DNA of 64,000 bases from Peribolospora baueri (lineage: Eukaryota), in the NCBI GenBank assembly GCA_029717555.1, contig JAMDHS010000027.1:1-64000 (forward strand). The letters run 5' to 3'. The notes beneath the pieces are model-generated. The model did no database searches, was not told the origin of the DNA, and saw only the letters and a program-made list of their open reading frames with translations. Shown here one piece after another: positions 25,936 through 38,800 of the stretch (position 1 is its first letter; each line of letters begins with the position of its first letter). A program made the translations under genes and the position numbers.

Positions 25936-26689
25936 TTTGATCGACGACGGTGCATTACGTGGCTTTGTTTGTCCTTCCTGCTTTCTTGAGATGTGTCGTC
26001 TCGTATCTGTGTATGACTCGTTCGGTCGCCTGTCGGCCCGTCATCGTTCGTCATAGACTCGCTCGGTTGCCCTTTTTTCGATTCTCTCTCGTGTCGTGTT
26101 TTATTATCACCCAGCTGCCCCGTTTGACTGTCACCGCGGCAATTCTTCTTCTTGTCTCGTTCCCCATTCCCGTTCCCGGCCCGTAACGTTGCGTTCTGCC
26201 TATGTGCTCTGCCCCCATCGCCCTTTCTCTTCCCATCTTGCACGCCTCGTCCGACGACCGCTTCGCATATCCAGTCTAATCCACTCGCTCCACCCACCCT
26301 TCTTCCACCACTCGCGGTCCGTCGGTCCGCCCCTCTTGTCCATCCATGCGTCCGTCACCGACGACATGTGACGTGTGGATCTCGTCGAGCCCTGTCGTAC
26401 CATGTCAGATGCCAGTGTCGTCCGGGAAACCGAGTGTCGCCGAAGGTGATCGCGGACACCGGATGGACATGGGTCGAGGTCGGAACCGTCCCTCCGCGTT
26501 CGTCGTGGGATTTTTTATAGTCTGGCAGGGAAGAACCCTCGGAAGCGCTTGCATAGATGGATGGATGGGGATGATGTGTAGCGTACAGCCAGCCGAAGTT
26601 TGGATGAATTCGATTTCGACGAGAAGGGCGACGGGAGGGTGGCGAACGAGCGAGAATGAGGGGGATGGCCCGCTTGTATCTGATAGATA

Positions 26690-26730
26690 GATGGATGGAT
26701 GGATGGATGAATGGATGGATGAATGGATGG
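26690..26730. repeat. (ATGG)n microsatellite
   Basis: atggatggat... about 10 imperfect units. Confidence 0.85.
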
Positions 26731-26773
26731 GGCTGGGCTTGGCTGGCCGAACTGACCGACACACACTCGGCGG

Positions 26774-27428
26774 TCAGGTGTCGTCCATCATGATGGCTCG
26801 AAACTCTGCTTCGTTGATCTCCCCGTCCTGGTCGAGGTCGAACTCGTCGATCATCGCTTGCAGCTCCTCGTCGTCCAAGTTCTCGCCCAGCTCCTTGGCG
26901 ACGCGCTTGAGGTTGCGCAGGCTGATCTTGCCCGTGCCGTCGTCATCGAAGAGCTGGAACGCTCGTCGCACCTCCTCGTTAGGGTCGCGGGACAGTATTC
27001 GTTCCGCCACTGTAGGCCAGACGGACGGGGGGCACGAAATGGGCAAAGTAAAGTCGGTTTCGGAAGGGCGGACGAGGAGGAAGAGACAAAGAGAAAAGCG
27101 GATGCCCACTGTAGTTGTTGAAATCCTCCCACTCCATCAGCCCCTTGCCCGTCCGATCATAGTCCCGGATCGTCTTGAGCACCTCCGCCTTCTTCGCCTC
27201 AAAGCCGAGGGCACGCATGGCGACCTTGAACTCATGGTAGTCGATTGCGCCGTCCTTGTCGGTGTCGAAGAGCTCGAACGCTTCCTTGATCTCTTGTCGC
27301 TGGTCCTCCGTCAGCGTTGATGCCGCGCCCGCGCTCGCCGCCGCCGCTGCCGCTGCCGCCGACCCACCGCCGCCGTGCAGAGAATGCGTCTGGCGTCGTT
27401 TGGATTTGGCCGCAGAGTAGAGTGACAT
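26774..27428 (-). CDS. CDC31: centrin (EF-hand spindle pole body protein)
   Basis: [76 protein letters not shown]; one intron. Confidence 0.95.
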
Positions 27429-27564
27429 GGCGAAGGAGGTGGATGTGTCGTGAGTCGATGATGATACCGCCCTGCGCCGACGCCGTGCCCGTCGCCATTT
27501 CCGGCTGCCGCCCATTTGCGCGTCGCGTCGCGCACCACTGCTCGGAACGGACCGCAGCCATCGT

Positions 27565-27576
27565 TGTCACGTGACA
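27565..27576. promoter_or_regulatory. palindromic E-box TGTCACGTGACA in the divergent CDC31/PPR promoter
   Basis: 12-bp perfect palindrome containing RTCACGTG (Cbf1/bHLH-type site), central in an intergenic region of about 275 bp. Confidence 0.45.
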
Positions 27577-27705
27577 TAAAAGTTTAGAGGGACGTCTTCC
27601 CACCGAACCGAACCTTGCCTACTACTGACATGTCTTCACGCTGCTGCCACCTCGTCCACTGACTGATCAACCCCCAGGATATAGCCAGGCCGGGAAACGG
27701 CGGTG

Positions 27706-30700
27706 ATGCTTAGACGCACGCCCCGCTCCTCGGCATCACTGGCACTCCCCTCAGATTTCTCCCGCCTGGTAGCCGTCTTCTCTTCGGCGCTGCTCTCCGG
27801 GCAGTCGTCCCTTTGCCGTCCGTCCGCACTGCCCGAGTATGCGCCGGCGGTCCACGATCGGACCTGCTCGAGAGCGAGGACCTACTCTGGCAGCTCGGCG
27901 GCTGCTATGACATGGGATGGCAACGGCAGTCGGAACGGTCCTTCCTACTTCCACCACTCTCGGCCTGACTTCCTCCCCCAATCGTCTCATCATCTCCCCG
28001 CACCCCGTCCCCTGTCGCCCGAAGCCGACGACCTCGAGCCTCTTTCCGTCCATGCTTCCCAGCTACCCGAGCTTGTGGCTGCTCTTGAAGCCGGAGATCG
28101 AGATGCCGCGTGGGAGGCGTTTTCCGATGGCAAGCTTCAGGGCACTTGCCACGGAGGGGAGGGTGGGCGAGCGGTGGATGTCCTCCCTCAGAGGGTTTTC
28201 GACCACCTCTTCGCAATTCAAGCGAACGCTTGCCCTCCTCTCGAGAGGAATAGCACGGAAAAGGATGTGGAACTGGCGACGACATCCTGGGAAAGGCTTC
28301 TGGAGCTGACCGGCATCGTCGAAGCAATCAAAGCGCGCAGGCAGGCAAACCTTTCGGAGTCGGCGGACGAGGCTTGCGAATCGCTCGCCACCCCAGAACA
28401 GGTCCGACCCTGGCGGCGGCTCAGTCAATATCAGCTACAGCGTTTGTTCCAAGTCGGTCTAGAGCAAGTGATGCGACTACAACCTCGCTTCGGCGGCCGC
28501 ATACCCTCCGCAGTCCTAGGTCGCTTCGATCCTGTCAACCCCGCCGCCCTGCTCGCTCGTCTTCGCTTCATCTACGAGCTTCTTCTCCGACCTCCGTCTC
28601 AGTCGACTTCACGCTCGACACTGTCCCTCCCGCCGATCGGACTGTGCGAACGCTACCTCCTCTTTATGAGTACGATAAGCCCTTTGAAGGCATTCCATCA
28701 GTTCCTTCGGCTCGACGACGCCCTCCGAATAGACTCTCGCGCTGCGTCATTTCACCGCCATACGGGAGAGCGCCTGCTACTTTCGCTGGCGTCAGGAGCG
28801 TTCACCCGCTCATCAGCTTACAGGGTCAAGACTCATGAAGCCATCGAAGTGCTCCTGCTTCGGCTACTCGCGCCTCAACCTGGCGCCATCCTCAAACCTC
28901 CACGCAAGCGTGTCGTGCACATCGCGCTTACCAGCTTGCCCAGCGAACGTCTCGACGCGCTGTTGGAGCGTCTTCGGGTGCAGGTGTCGCAGGGCGAGGT
29001 CAGCGAGGCTGTCTATTCGGCGATTTACGAGCGCATTGCCCTGGTACAAGCCACCGAACGTCGCCCGGAGGAGGCATTGACAAAGATCGTCCAACTTCGA
29101 ACGGGAAAGACAGTCGCTCGCCCCGATACATCGACAGAGCAGGATGTCCCGACCGCTGGAGTAGGGCGAGCCCCCGATGGGGACGTTTATGCTGCGACGC
29201 TGTCAGGCTTGATCAGGCGCATGTCCGTCCCGTCCTCGCTTACCGCCGCGTCGAATCCTAAGGTCCGGCGTCGCGGCCAAGCCGAACGTACGCAAGGCAC
29301 CATTTTGACCGATGCAGAATGCCTGCGCCTCGCCTTGCGCACTTACTTTGACATGGTCCGCGCGGACGTCGAACCCGATAGTTACGTGCACGGCTGGCTG
29401 GTCCAAGGTTTGGAGCAAGCAGAGGAATGGCGGCGGATCGAAGAGCCTAAGCGCTCTGTGGAGGGACAGAGGTGTAATGAGAGCACGGTGGAGTCGAGCT
29501 CGTCTTTCTGGCCGTCGACTGCCGTGCACGTACCCCTTTCGGCGCTTCGGCTGGTGACGAACACGATGCTCGCCCTCGACCCTTCCCTCGAGCGGACGAC
29601 ATTGGCGACACATCGCGCCCTTCTTCGACTCCACCTCAAGAGGCGTGACTTCCACTTTTCGAAGCGGCTTTACGTCTTGCTCCGGTCGCGAATCTGGCGC
29701 GCAATCAGGACCTCGACCTCGAACCGGCAGTTGAGGCACGTTCGGTGGCCATCGAATCCCCGACATACGGACATGCAACTATTTCGTTGGTTTCTATATG
29801 CCGCCGTCAAAGAAGCCAACCAGCCCTTCTTCGCTTTGCGCCTGTACACCGACCTCATAGCCGATGGCGGCCTGCTCCGACCCAAGAATGTCTACAATTT
29901 TCTTCTTACGGGTGTAGCAGAGCGGGGATCGGCTAATCAGATCAAGCAGATCATGGCTGATTGGCGCTCCGAAGGGTTGCGTTTGTCTCCTGCACTTGCC
30001 ACGACCGTCGTGCGAAGCTTCGCCATCGCAAAGCGGCCAACGGACGTGCTCAAGGTTACGTGGGAGTTGATTCGACAGTACGGTCAGCAGGGCGAGCCAC
30101 CGCCTATCGCGATCTTCGACGTCGCCATGGACTCTGTCAGCAGGGCTACCAAGGACCAAGGTGGCGGCAAGGACTTGCGTGATCACTTGCTGCGCATGTT
30201 CGAGCACCAGCGTATCACCAGCTCCTCCGTTGAGCCTGCGTCCAAAGAAGCGGCTTTGTTGGAGAAGGAACTCGTCGAGGCAATTCGCCAAGTGTCTCGG
30301 ACAGCAGCCTTGGGACGTCGGCTGGATTTCGAGGACGCGAGCTCGTTAAGCCCCGACGAGAAATTGTCCGCGGTTGACAGCCGCCTCGGCCAGGGCGATT
30401 CGCTCTCGCACATCTCACGCGCCTACGTTTCTCCTCCACCTTCCACGATAGCCTTCAATGCCGTCCTCCGCGCCCTTTCCCGCGGCTCTCGTGGTAATGA
30501 GGTCAGCCGAGCGGATGTCAGCCTGGCACAGCGACTTGTCGCATACATGCGCCATCGTCAGGTGCCGTTGGACAAGAATACGCACGCTCTACGTATCCGC
30601 ATCTGGCTCGGCTTAGAGCGCAGCAGCAACGATGCTGAGAAGAACAGTGGGCAGAAGAGCAAGGCTCTCGACAAAGCTTTGAGTGTCTTCTATGAAGCAT

Positions 30701-31161
30701 CTAATCCGCCTCACAGCCCTCCTCATCGCCTGCGTTCCAACGTTGTCGGTGCTTTGATCGTCCGCTTGGCAGACACGGGACGGTTCGACGATGTGGACTC
30801 AGTGCATTCGACGTGGCGGATGGCGTGGCGGAGCGTAGTGCAGCAAAGAACGGTGGATGGAGACAGCGTTCGGGGCCGGGAAGCTGAGCATCGGCCGATT
30901 TTGGACGATCGTGAGATTATGTGGGACCGGGCGGTGGTCGGCGCCATGGGGTATGCCGACGCATTAAGAGGTGCCGATCCAAGCGCCGTCATCGCATATC
31001 TCAGCAAGCGCATGCACGTTAGCAACGAGTGGAAGGAGCGTATTCGCAATGCAGGCCGCAATGACGCAACTCAACAGCTTCGGGATTTGGCTGAGGAAGA
31101 CGAGGGCGGGTCTGTAGCAGCCGAAGCCGACTGGGACAAGATGACGGTAATGGCGGAATGA
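27706..31161 (+). CDS. PPR-like (pentatricopeptide repeat) protein, probably mitochondrial
   Basis: Intronless ORF of about 1150 aa; Arg/Ser-rich N-terminus; degenerate PPR segments ALRTYFDMVRADVEPDSYVH, PSTIAFNAVLRAL, AQRLVAYMRHRQVPLD. Confidence 0.6.
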   Translation: MLRRTPRSSASLALPSDFSRLVAVFSSALLSGQSSLCRPSALPEYAPAVHDRTCSRARTYSGSSAAAMTWDGNGSRNGPSYFHHSRPDFLPQSSHHLPAPRPLSPEADDLEPLSVHASQLPELVAALEAGDRDAAWEAFSDGKLQGTCHGGEGGRAVDVLPQRVFDHLFAIQANACPPLERNSTEKDVELATTSWERLLELTGIVEAIKARRQANLSESADEACESLATPEQVRPWRRLSQYQLQRLFQVGLEQVMRLQPRFGGRIPSAVLGRFDPVNPAALLARLRFIYELLLRPPSQSTSRSTLSLPPIGLCERYLLFMSTISPLKAFHQFLRLDDALRIDSRAASFHRHTGERLLLSLASGAFTRSSAYRVKTHEAIEVLLLRLLAPQPGAILKPPRKRVVHIALTSLPSERLDALLERLRVQVSQGEVSEAVYSAIYERIALVQATERRPEEALTKIVQLRTGKTVARPDTSTEQDVPTAGVGRAPDGDVYAATLSGLIRRMSVPSSLTAASNPKVRRRGQAERTQGTILTDAECLRLALRTYFDMVRADVEPDSYVHGWLVQGLEQAEEWRRIEEPKRSVEGQRCNESTVESSSSFWPSTAVHVPLSALRLVTNTMLALDPSLERTTLATHRALLRLHLKRRDFHFSKRLYVLLRSRIWRAIRTSTSNRQLRHVRWPSNPRHTDMQLFRWFLYAAVKEANQPFFALRLYTDLIADGGLLRPKNVYNFLLTGVAERGSANQIKQIMADWRSEGLRLSPALATTVVRSFAIAKRPTDVLKVTWELIRQYGQQGEPPPIAIFDVAMDSVSRATKDQGGGKDLRDHLLRMFEHQRITSSSVEPASKEAALLEKELVEAIRQVSRTAALGRRLDFEDASSLSPDEKLSAVDSRLGQGDSLSHISRAYVSPPPSTIAFNAVLRALSRGSRGNEVSRADVSLAQRLVAYMRHRQVPLDKNTHALRIRIWLGLERSSNDAEKNSGQKSKALDKALSVFYEASNPPHSPPHRLRSNVVGALIVRLADTGRFDDVDSVHSTWRMAWRSVVQQRTVDGDSVRGREAEHRPILDDREIMWDRAVVGAMGYADALRGADPSAVIAYLSKRMHVSNEWKERIRNAGRNDATQQLRDLAEEDEGGSVAAEADWDKMTVMAE

Positions 31162-31468
31162 AGACATTTTCGCTGTAGCTGGGCTTGGGTGTGCTAGAAG
31201 TGTTCTTTGCGTTCAACGGGCATGCTTTTAACGTGCAATCATCTAATCATTTACAAGTTTTCATCGACTCTGACTGGGTCTGCACAAGCTCGCGCAACAT
31301 ATTGTTGACCACGCCCGGCTTGAATTGTGCAGATATAAGCTACGATGGACAAAAGCTTGGGAGGAAAGAAAGGATTTCATCTTCTAACCGCTTTCTCCCT
31401 TGTAGGTCACACCAGTAGATCCAAGGACTGAACGACCGTCACATGTTGGCCCATGTGCCGTTTTCTCG

Positions 31469-32601
31469 TCAAGCTCTCACAACGTCCCATCGCTGAGTGC
31501 GATCAAGATAGCAAATTAGAGTGGGACGCCACTCACGAGTGATGGTCCATAGACTCGCCAGCTTACCTGACGGTCCTCGTCCCCTTGGCAGGTAGAAACT
31601 CCAATTTCACCCTTGTACCCTGTTGATAAAGTCATCGAACTCAGCTCCGCATGTGACAAACGGCCCCCGCCTTGATACTCAACAGCAGACTCACCATCAT
31701 CTTCGACACAGTATGGGATCCCCACTGGGCTCCGCATCACCACCTCGAACTTGCACTGGTCATGGATAGCTATATTTTTTAAGCTTGTCCATATGGAATA
31801 AGGATGTGACTGACTATTGCCTATTAACTCACACTGTTGAACCGGTTATTGCCTTGCGTTGCACAGTCTTGAAGCTTGAACTGGTTCATATTGGATTCAT
31901 CACATGGAATGATTATGCTCGAATAAGCCCAGAACGAACACTGTCTCGCATCTTTCAAGATTGGACTCACCCTCCAAGCCAAACCTTCTCCATCCTTTGT
32001 GTCACAGAGGTCCTGGAACAGCTTGCCATCATCACCGCTGAGCTTTAGACAGCTGTCAAAGGCGCTAACAGGTCTGCTTGCAATATGAGAGGAAGAGGCC
32101 AACCTCGGGCCTCGCATGAGCATCAAGCACCTCAAATTTCATCTCACGGCGGGAAGCATTGGTGACGAATTCGCTAACCTGATGGAAAATGTCTCATCAC
32201 TCTCTTGATGCAGACAGAACTGATTCAAGTCAAGTGACCAGGAATGAGATGCACCGGAAAGGGCTCCTCTTCGCTTTGACCTTATTGCTCACCCTGCTCT
32301 CATCTGTGTTCTCAGTCCTTTGCAGAGCGACTCTTTTCTATTCATTTTGTTGGAAGACTCCATGAGTCAATCTATGCGTGACGGCTTATGATATATCTGG
32401 CTGGTTTGAGGTGCGTACCTGAGCACATGTCCACACAAACTCCGGGTCATAGTGTTGGCGGATAAGGTATGGTCCAGGCTCCTCTGGCGCGGCCTGCAAC
32501 GCCTGGAAGACGATCTGGACAGGAGGGTACGTAGCTCCCGAGACGGTCAGGATGAAGGCCACGCAAACTGCCGCCAGTCGAACGACGAGAGACGACGCCA
32601 T
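31469..32601 (-). CDS. small secreted Cys-rich protein, ricin-B-lectin-like (7 short exons)
   Basis: Signal peptide MASSLVVRLAAVCVAFILTVSG; exons join in phase via GT-AG introns; SAFDSCLKL, PYCVED and a terminal C..DRQ|RW (QxW) motif. Confidence 0.65.
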
Positions 32602-32893
32602 TCGGATGAAATTGAAAGGGAGTGGCGGTTGGAAGTGGATGAAGTGGACGATCGCGAGCAACGAGGGCTTTCTATCTGGGTGATGAGTAAGCTGGTTGGA
32701 TACTTGGCAACTGCAACAAGCAACAGCGAAGTCGACAAATGCAGGCCCCATTGCAGCAATAATTTCCCCACGGGAAGCAATAAGATTTGCTCGCATTGTG
32801 GAAAGATGAAGACAAAGTATCCAGCATCACGTCGGGCATCAAGGCATTCCACTGGCCTGGCTGGGCGTTGGAGCATATCCAAATCTGAAGATG

Positions 32894-35800
32894 TCAAATG
32901 AAGCGCATTCGTGCCGAAAGGAAGATCCAAGCGAGGAGCTTGTAGGCGACTGATATTGCGACGCTGTACAGGCGATGCGGACGAACAGATTAGCTCGGTT
33001 TAACTTGAACCGACTCCTCAACTAAACTTACCCAATGCCAAGGAATTTGGCAGTATTTCGGTCGTGGAAACCAAACAACTCCAGCACCTGCTCGCCCGTC
33101 GCAGCGACACAGGCCCCGTTCGCGATCGTCTCCGGCGGACAGTTGAAAGTGAGTCCCGTGAACTCATTGATGCTCTACGAGGACAAGAGAGCAAAATGAT
33201 GGAACTTTACTCAAGAACCCTTAGAAAGATGAGCAAAGTTGACTTACCTGAACGCGAACTGCTGCTTTAACAGGTAAGGCCCAGGCGATGTCCGCCAGCC
33301 ATGTGGGCAGAGACAAAGAGACTGTGATGCCGTAGAGACATGCGAGTTTCGCGAATCAGACTATCCATCCATCACTCCCACGGTCGGGAACGCAACTACT
33401 CACTGATGCCGGACATCTGTGTTCCGACAGTGAGCGCGGTGGAAATGAGAGATACGCTCGGGCCCATCGTCAACACCACAGAAGCGAACATGATTCCTAT
33501 ACTTTCTCCCATCTCCACGAGGGTAAGGATGGTGACCGCAAACTCGAAAAAGATGCTATGAGGGGATTGACAAGTGAGCGATGGGACCAGGCTTCCAGCT
33601 TTGATCTGCGCTAAGCTCACCGGACAGAGACTTGTTGGCCAACGGCGACCTGAGAAGAGGAAAAGAACAACGTTAATGTTCGATCGAGTTGTCCGAAACA
33701 AGACAGCCACGACTCACAAGCATGATACATGTATAGAGCAAGGAGGCAAAAATTTCGAAGGGCAGTGCAAAAGCAGTAAAGCTGATCAAGAAAGTCGCTG
33801 GCGAGTAGGCTCCGGCGGCCGACTGCCAATCGTGGAAGAAAATATTGCGCTCCATCGGATAGATCGCAAGGAGGCTGAGGCTGCCGTGAGGAACAAAGAA
33901 ATGGTCGACCTTTGCGTGTTGAACATGTCAAGCCTATTGCCAACCCCGGTCGGTCTTCACTCACAAGCCAGCAAAGGGCAAGGCACTCGTGTTCTCCTGG
34001 ATAAGTCCGATGCGATCTTGTGCGCCTGTGAGAGCGAGGAGGACCGGCATTAGCAGTGTCGACAAAGCATGTGTGGCCTCATATAATCCTTACCCGCTGG
34101 TCCACGATTTAGGCGGAGATAGAAAATGAAGAAGCAGATGCCAACAAATGGGATTTGAATAATCCTCGTCCACCACAAGTCTTGCTGTCTCCAGATGTTA
34201 CGAACAGACCTGAGGATACAAACAGGGTGAGCACAATCGATGGAAGGGAGGGCGGGTAACTCTCCATCACTCACCTCTCGAAGATGACAGGAAGAGCGAC
34301 GCGCATCGGTGTGATGCGATCGATATTGTCAATGCCGAGTCTCTGTTCATCTGCCTGCCCTTTCTCGTCGCTAGCATCCTCTGATGCATTGGTCAATCGC
34401 TTTTGAATGAGCCTCCGTTTCGCTTCCGCACGCTTCCAAGATTCGACCAGGCGCTCGACCCTGGCGTTGGTGGCATCTTGACGTCCCGCAGTCCTCATAT
34501 CCACGGACACCAAGTCCATGACAAAGTCAGCCGGCTGCATGAACAAAAGGGGTCGCAACTCAGGTCTCCGAATCATATAAAGGTAAAAGTCGCGGCTGCG
34601 TGAGGTTTCCAATCGAACCTCACATTGAAGAGCGGTGGGGAAACATGCCCAGCAAACTCTAAATACGGCAGAAGCTCATCGCGCATGCCGTTGAATACCA
34701 CATTGCCCGACTGGAATTTCAAGAACCAAGTCAACTAGATCGTTCGACGACGCACGCCGCCACGACAGAACTCACCTTTGCGAGAATAAGGTAGTTGTCA
34801 CCGAGATGGAAGATGTCGGATCGTGGCTGGTGTAAGGAGACGATCACCGTGCGCCTGTGAAGTGATGGAAACGCTCGGGGGCTTAAGAAAGGATGATTAT
34901 CGGGCGTGGATTGAAAATAAAACACGTACCCGCTTCTAGCGATGTCATTCAGACACTTCATGATGTTGTGGGCCATGTGGGCGTCCAGACCAGAAGTGGG
35001 TTCTTGAAATCGAAGAGAGCGATGGCATCATCAGAATCAGGGAGTTTTCAAGCGAGGGTTGAGAAGAGGCTCACCGTCGACGATTAGAACGGCCGGATCA
35101 TGGACCATCTGGCAAGCGAGCGACAGACGCCTTTTTTCTCCCCCCGAGATACCCTGGTGACGACGGACGCACGCGGAGGTGAGCAAGCTGAGTTCCCCAC
35201 CGCGCAAGGGAAGGGAGAAAATCACCTTGAGAAGCTCGCCGCCGACGAGGTTGTCAGCGCAGTCCTTGAGACCGAGCATCCTCAAGACCTCCTCGGCACG
35301 AGCGTGCTTGCGCTTACGACTAACGTTGGAGGGAAGACTAAGCGTGGCAGCAAAGCGGAGAGTCTCGCGCACCGTCAGCGCCGGCAAGTGGTAGTCGTCC
35401 TCTTGTTCGACGAAAGCGCACAGCTGCCGGGTCTTGTGCGACGCGGGGACGCCGTTGAACGTGATGCTTCCGGTCATCCGAAATGAGCCAAACGCTCCCC
35501 CGCGCAGAGGTCGTGAGGAGCAGAGCCGGAGAAAGGAAGACTTGCCAGAGCCAGACGGCCCCATGATGACGGATACTTGGCCCGAAGGGAAACGGGCGTT
35601 AATATCCTTGAAGATCACGTTGCACGAACGGCCGGGAACGCCGGAAAGACGCGGGACCCACTCAAGTCGGGCGTTGATCGCCTGGATATCGGGAAGATTG
35701 GGTGAGTAGACGGGCGAGCGACGACGATCAGCACGGGGCGGGACTGAGGGCGCGACGCTTACCTCTACATCCACCTTGTTGCGCTTGATATCGATCTCAC

Positions 35801-38800
35801 TCTCTGTCGATTCTTTGCCTTTGGAAGTCGAAGCGCTTTGGGCCGCATGGCGGACTCCGCCTGGCTTCCAGAATGAAAGCAAAAGGATGGCGGCAAAGTG
35901 GGTGACGACGAAGAAGCCAAACAAGCCCATAACTGATCGCAGAAGGGCATGGAGCGCAGATTGGGAAGACTGTGAGCGCATGCTGACGAGACGTCGACAT
36001 GGTGACAAACTCACACGATGGGTACAGCGCTTCCGTGGGGTCCATCCTGAGTCCGCGCAAAACGTTGTCGCCGTTGCACTGAGACAGGGCAGGACCGGTG
36101 ACACCTTCACAGGAAAACGTGCGACCGTGGAACTGGGTGTGCGCAACGCTACGAAAGAGACGGATTGAGCCGTCAGCCAGAGGGCAGAGGATAGATCGGG
36201 ATCGGAGAAGGGAAATCGCGGCTCACATCCTGTACGAGTAGAAGTAAGGCGACAGCCAGCGAAACCACCTGTGGGAGATGCGAGGGAGCCAAGACGAAGT
36301 ATTAAGGGGAGCGCGCGGATACCGGTAGAGCGAAGCTTTCGGTCTGCTGGCGAGTGACCGTCGCCGACACTTACGAAATCCATACAGGGATGGACTCCAG
36401 AAGGTATCCCGCCGTGAGCAAGAAGAACTACAAGGCGAAGGAGAAAAAACAAAACAAAACAAAAGTTGAACAAGCCGAGCGTGAGGAAATATGGCAACCG
36501 CGAACAGCAGGAAGAAGAGGAAGAGAGACTGGACCGTCTGTACTGACGATGGCGATGGCGTTGCAAAGCAAGCTGGCCCTGGCAAAACTCCTCTCGATGC
36601 TCGCTATCATGAGCGCAAAGCCGACCACGTCGAGTTGGAAGAGGATGCACTCTCCGATCATGAGAAAGAGCTTTGCCGCCACGTCTTCGGTCCAGAGCCC
36701 GCAGATGAAGTAGATGAGCACGGCATAGAGGCTGGGAGCGAGGACGTTGGCGGGAAGGTTGGCAATAAACTCGGAGAGGACCCAGGCGGGGGCGCTGTAG
36801 AGGTGGTCCTCGCGTTCACGGTCGAAGATCACGAGGGTGGTGCACCATTTATAGATCCAGACTACTTGGGAGAGGTAGAAGAAGCAGGGAGCGTGCTGTT
36901 GTGAGGCGTGGAGGGACGAAAGAGCAGGGGGGAAGAGTGTGTTCAACGCGCACGTCCAACAGAGAAGCTCAACTCCAGGACTTGAGCCGCGGACCTCCAA
37001 GCTACTCACTTGATACGCGATGGTCTGGCCGTGGGTGACATCGCCAAGCAAGCAAGAAAGAAAGAAAGAAAGAAAAGGTCAACAATAGACGACACTCACA
37101 AATCGTCGGCAACACGGTGGAGCAGCGACACTCACTTTCAAACTCTGAATGTCCGCCGGCGTTTCTCCAAGCCTGAAAAAAGTGATACCGACTAGGACGC
37201 CGAGGCTGTGCGTACACGTAGAGGGGGACGCGACGGCGCACGACGGTGTCTCGGTCAGCTGAGGGACGCGGATGAGATGGACGGACTAGGGCGGTGCCAA
37301 GCCGACTCACACGATGGCTTGAAAGGCATGACCGACGAGCTCGAGCGCGTTCCTGTACACGTTCTTCCAAGCCCGCGGCAGGAGGATGGCCGTCTGTACA
37401 ACGACGTTTGGCCTTTTCTCGGGCGCGCCGACAGTCTTTTGTGGACGCTTGAAGGAGGGGAGAAGAGTTTGGGAGCGGGTGCGCTTGGCAGAGACGCCGA
37501 CGCCGACGGGGAAAGGGGAATCGGAGAGGGTGGCAAGTGCGGTGGGAGGAAGGGCGCTCACATCTAGCCGGGAGGCCGAGTGCGCCGTCACATTAGCCGC
37601 CTGGGGCGGCGGACTGTCCCGATCGTCCCTGGCGAGGGGTCCGGGTCCTGGCACCGCCTCTGCGCGTCGCATGGACTCGTGCTCCGCCCATCTGCTCACC
37701 AGATTGCTCACACGCCGCCTGTCCTCCTGCTCGCACTCCTCGTCGCGCGTGTCGACGGAACTGACGTCGATGAGAAAGTCGAGCGGGTTCGTGCGCTCCG
37801 GTGGGAAATGGCCGAGTGAGGCAAAGTAAGGAAGGCAGTCGCGAACGGGGCCGGAGTAGACGACGTCGCCTCGGGAGAGAAGGAGGAGACGGGAGAAGAG
37901 GTGAAAGGCGTCTGTGCGATTGGAAGGAGGGGAGGCGAATTAGCCAAGCGAGACGGGAGCGGGACGAGGTGCATGTTTGACAGTCACATGCGCACCTGAA
38001 CGAGGCTGATGAAGGGACAAGATGATCGTCCTTCCGCGCTTGGCGAGGTCGCTCAGCGTCTCCAGGAGTTGATATGCGGTGAAGGAATCGAGACCTGTGC
38101 CAGAGAGGAGAGAGGAGAGAGGAGCGAGTAGCACGGGCCGCACGCACCCAGTCGGCGATGATAGTGTCAGCTCCTCGGGACCCGAGCATGCGCCGGGGGC
38201 GTGTCAGGTCGTGGGAGCATCACGCTCACCGGTTGTGGGCTCATCGAGGACGACAAGGCTGGGCAACGTGACGAGACAGCAGCCGATGCTGACCCTCCTC
38301 CTCTCCCCGCCGCTGATGCCTTTGCGTCCCATCCCGCCGGCGACGCCCCCGTCGCCTCCCACCATTCTGTCCCTTGCCGCGGCGAGGCCAAGTTCACTGA
38401 TGGTCTGCTCCACGATCTTCTCCCTCACGTCCGGTGGCACGCTGGCGGGGAGACGCAAAGCCGCGGCCGCGGAGAGGGTCTCGTAGACGGTAAGGTGAGG
38501 GAGGAGGTAGTCGGACTGGCGAACGAAAGAGAGAAGGGAGGAAAGGCCTCGAGGCTTTTGATGGGCATGCGTGGAAGGGGAGGTGATGATGAGCTCGCCA
38601 GCGTTGGGCGCCAGCGGAGAGGAGGGATCGGCGGGTGGGCTCGCGGCGGAGGCGGGCACGATGCCAATGCTCCCTCCTGTCACGGGCAAGTCGTTCAACC
38701 GAGCAGCGACGGCGTGCAGCAACGTCGTCTTTCCTGACCCCGAGCCGCCGATGCTGGACGGATAGGAATAGGAAGGCGTGAGCGGAGACACAGGTCGAGC

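Noticed and set aside
32452..32901. 149-aa plus-strand ORF
   Set aside because: Overlaps the antisense of the secreted-protein first exon and promoter; non-ATG start and no motif
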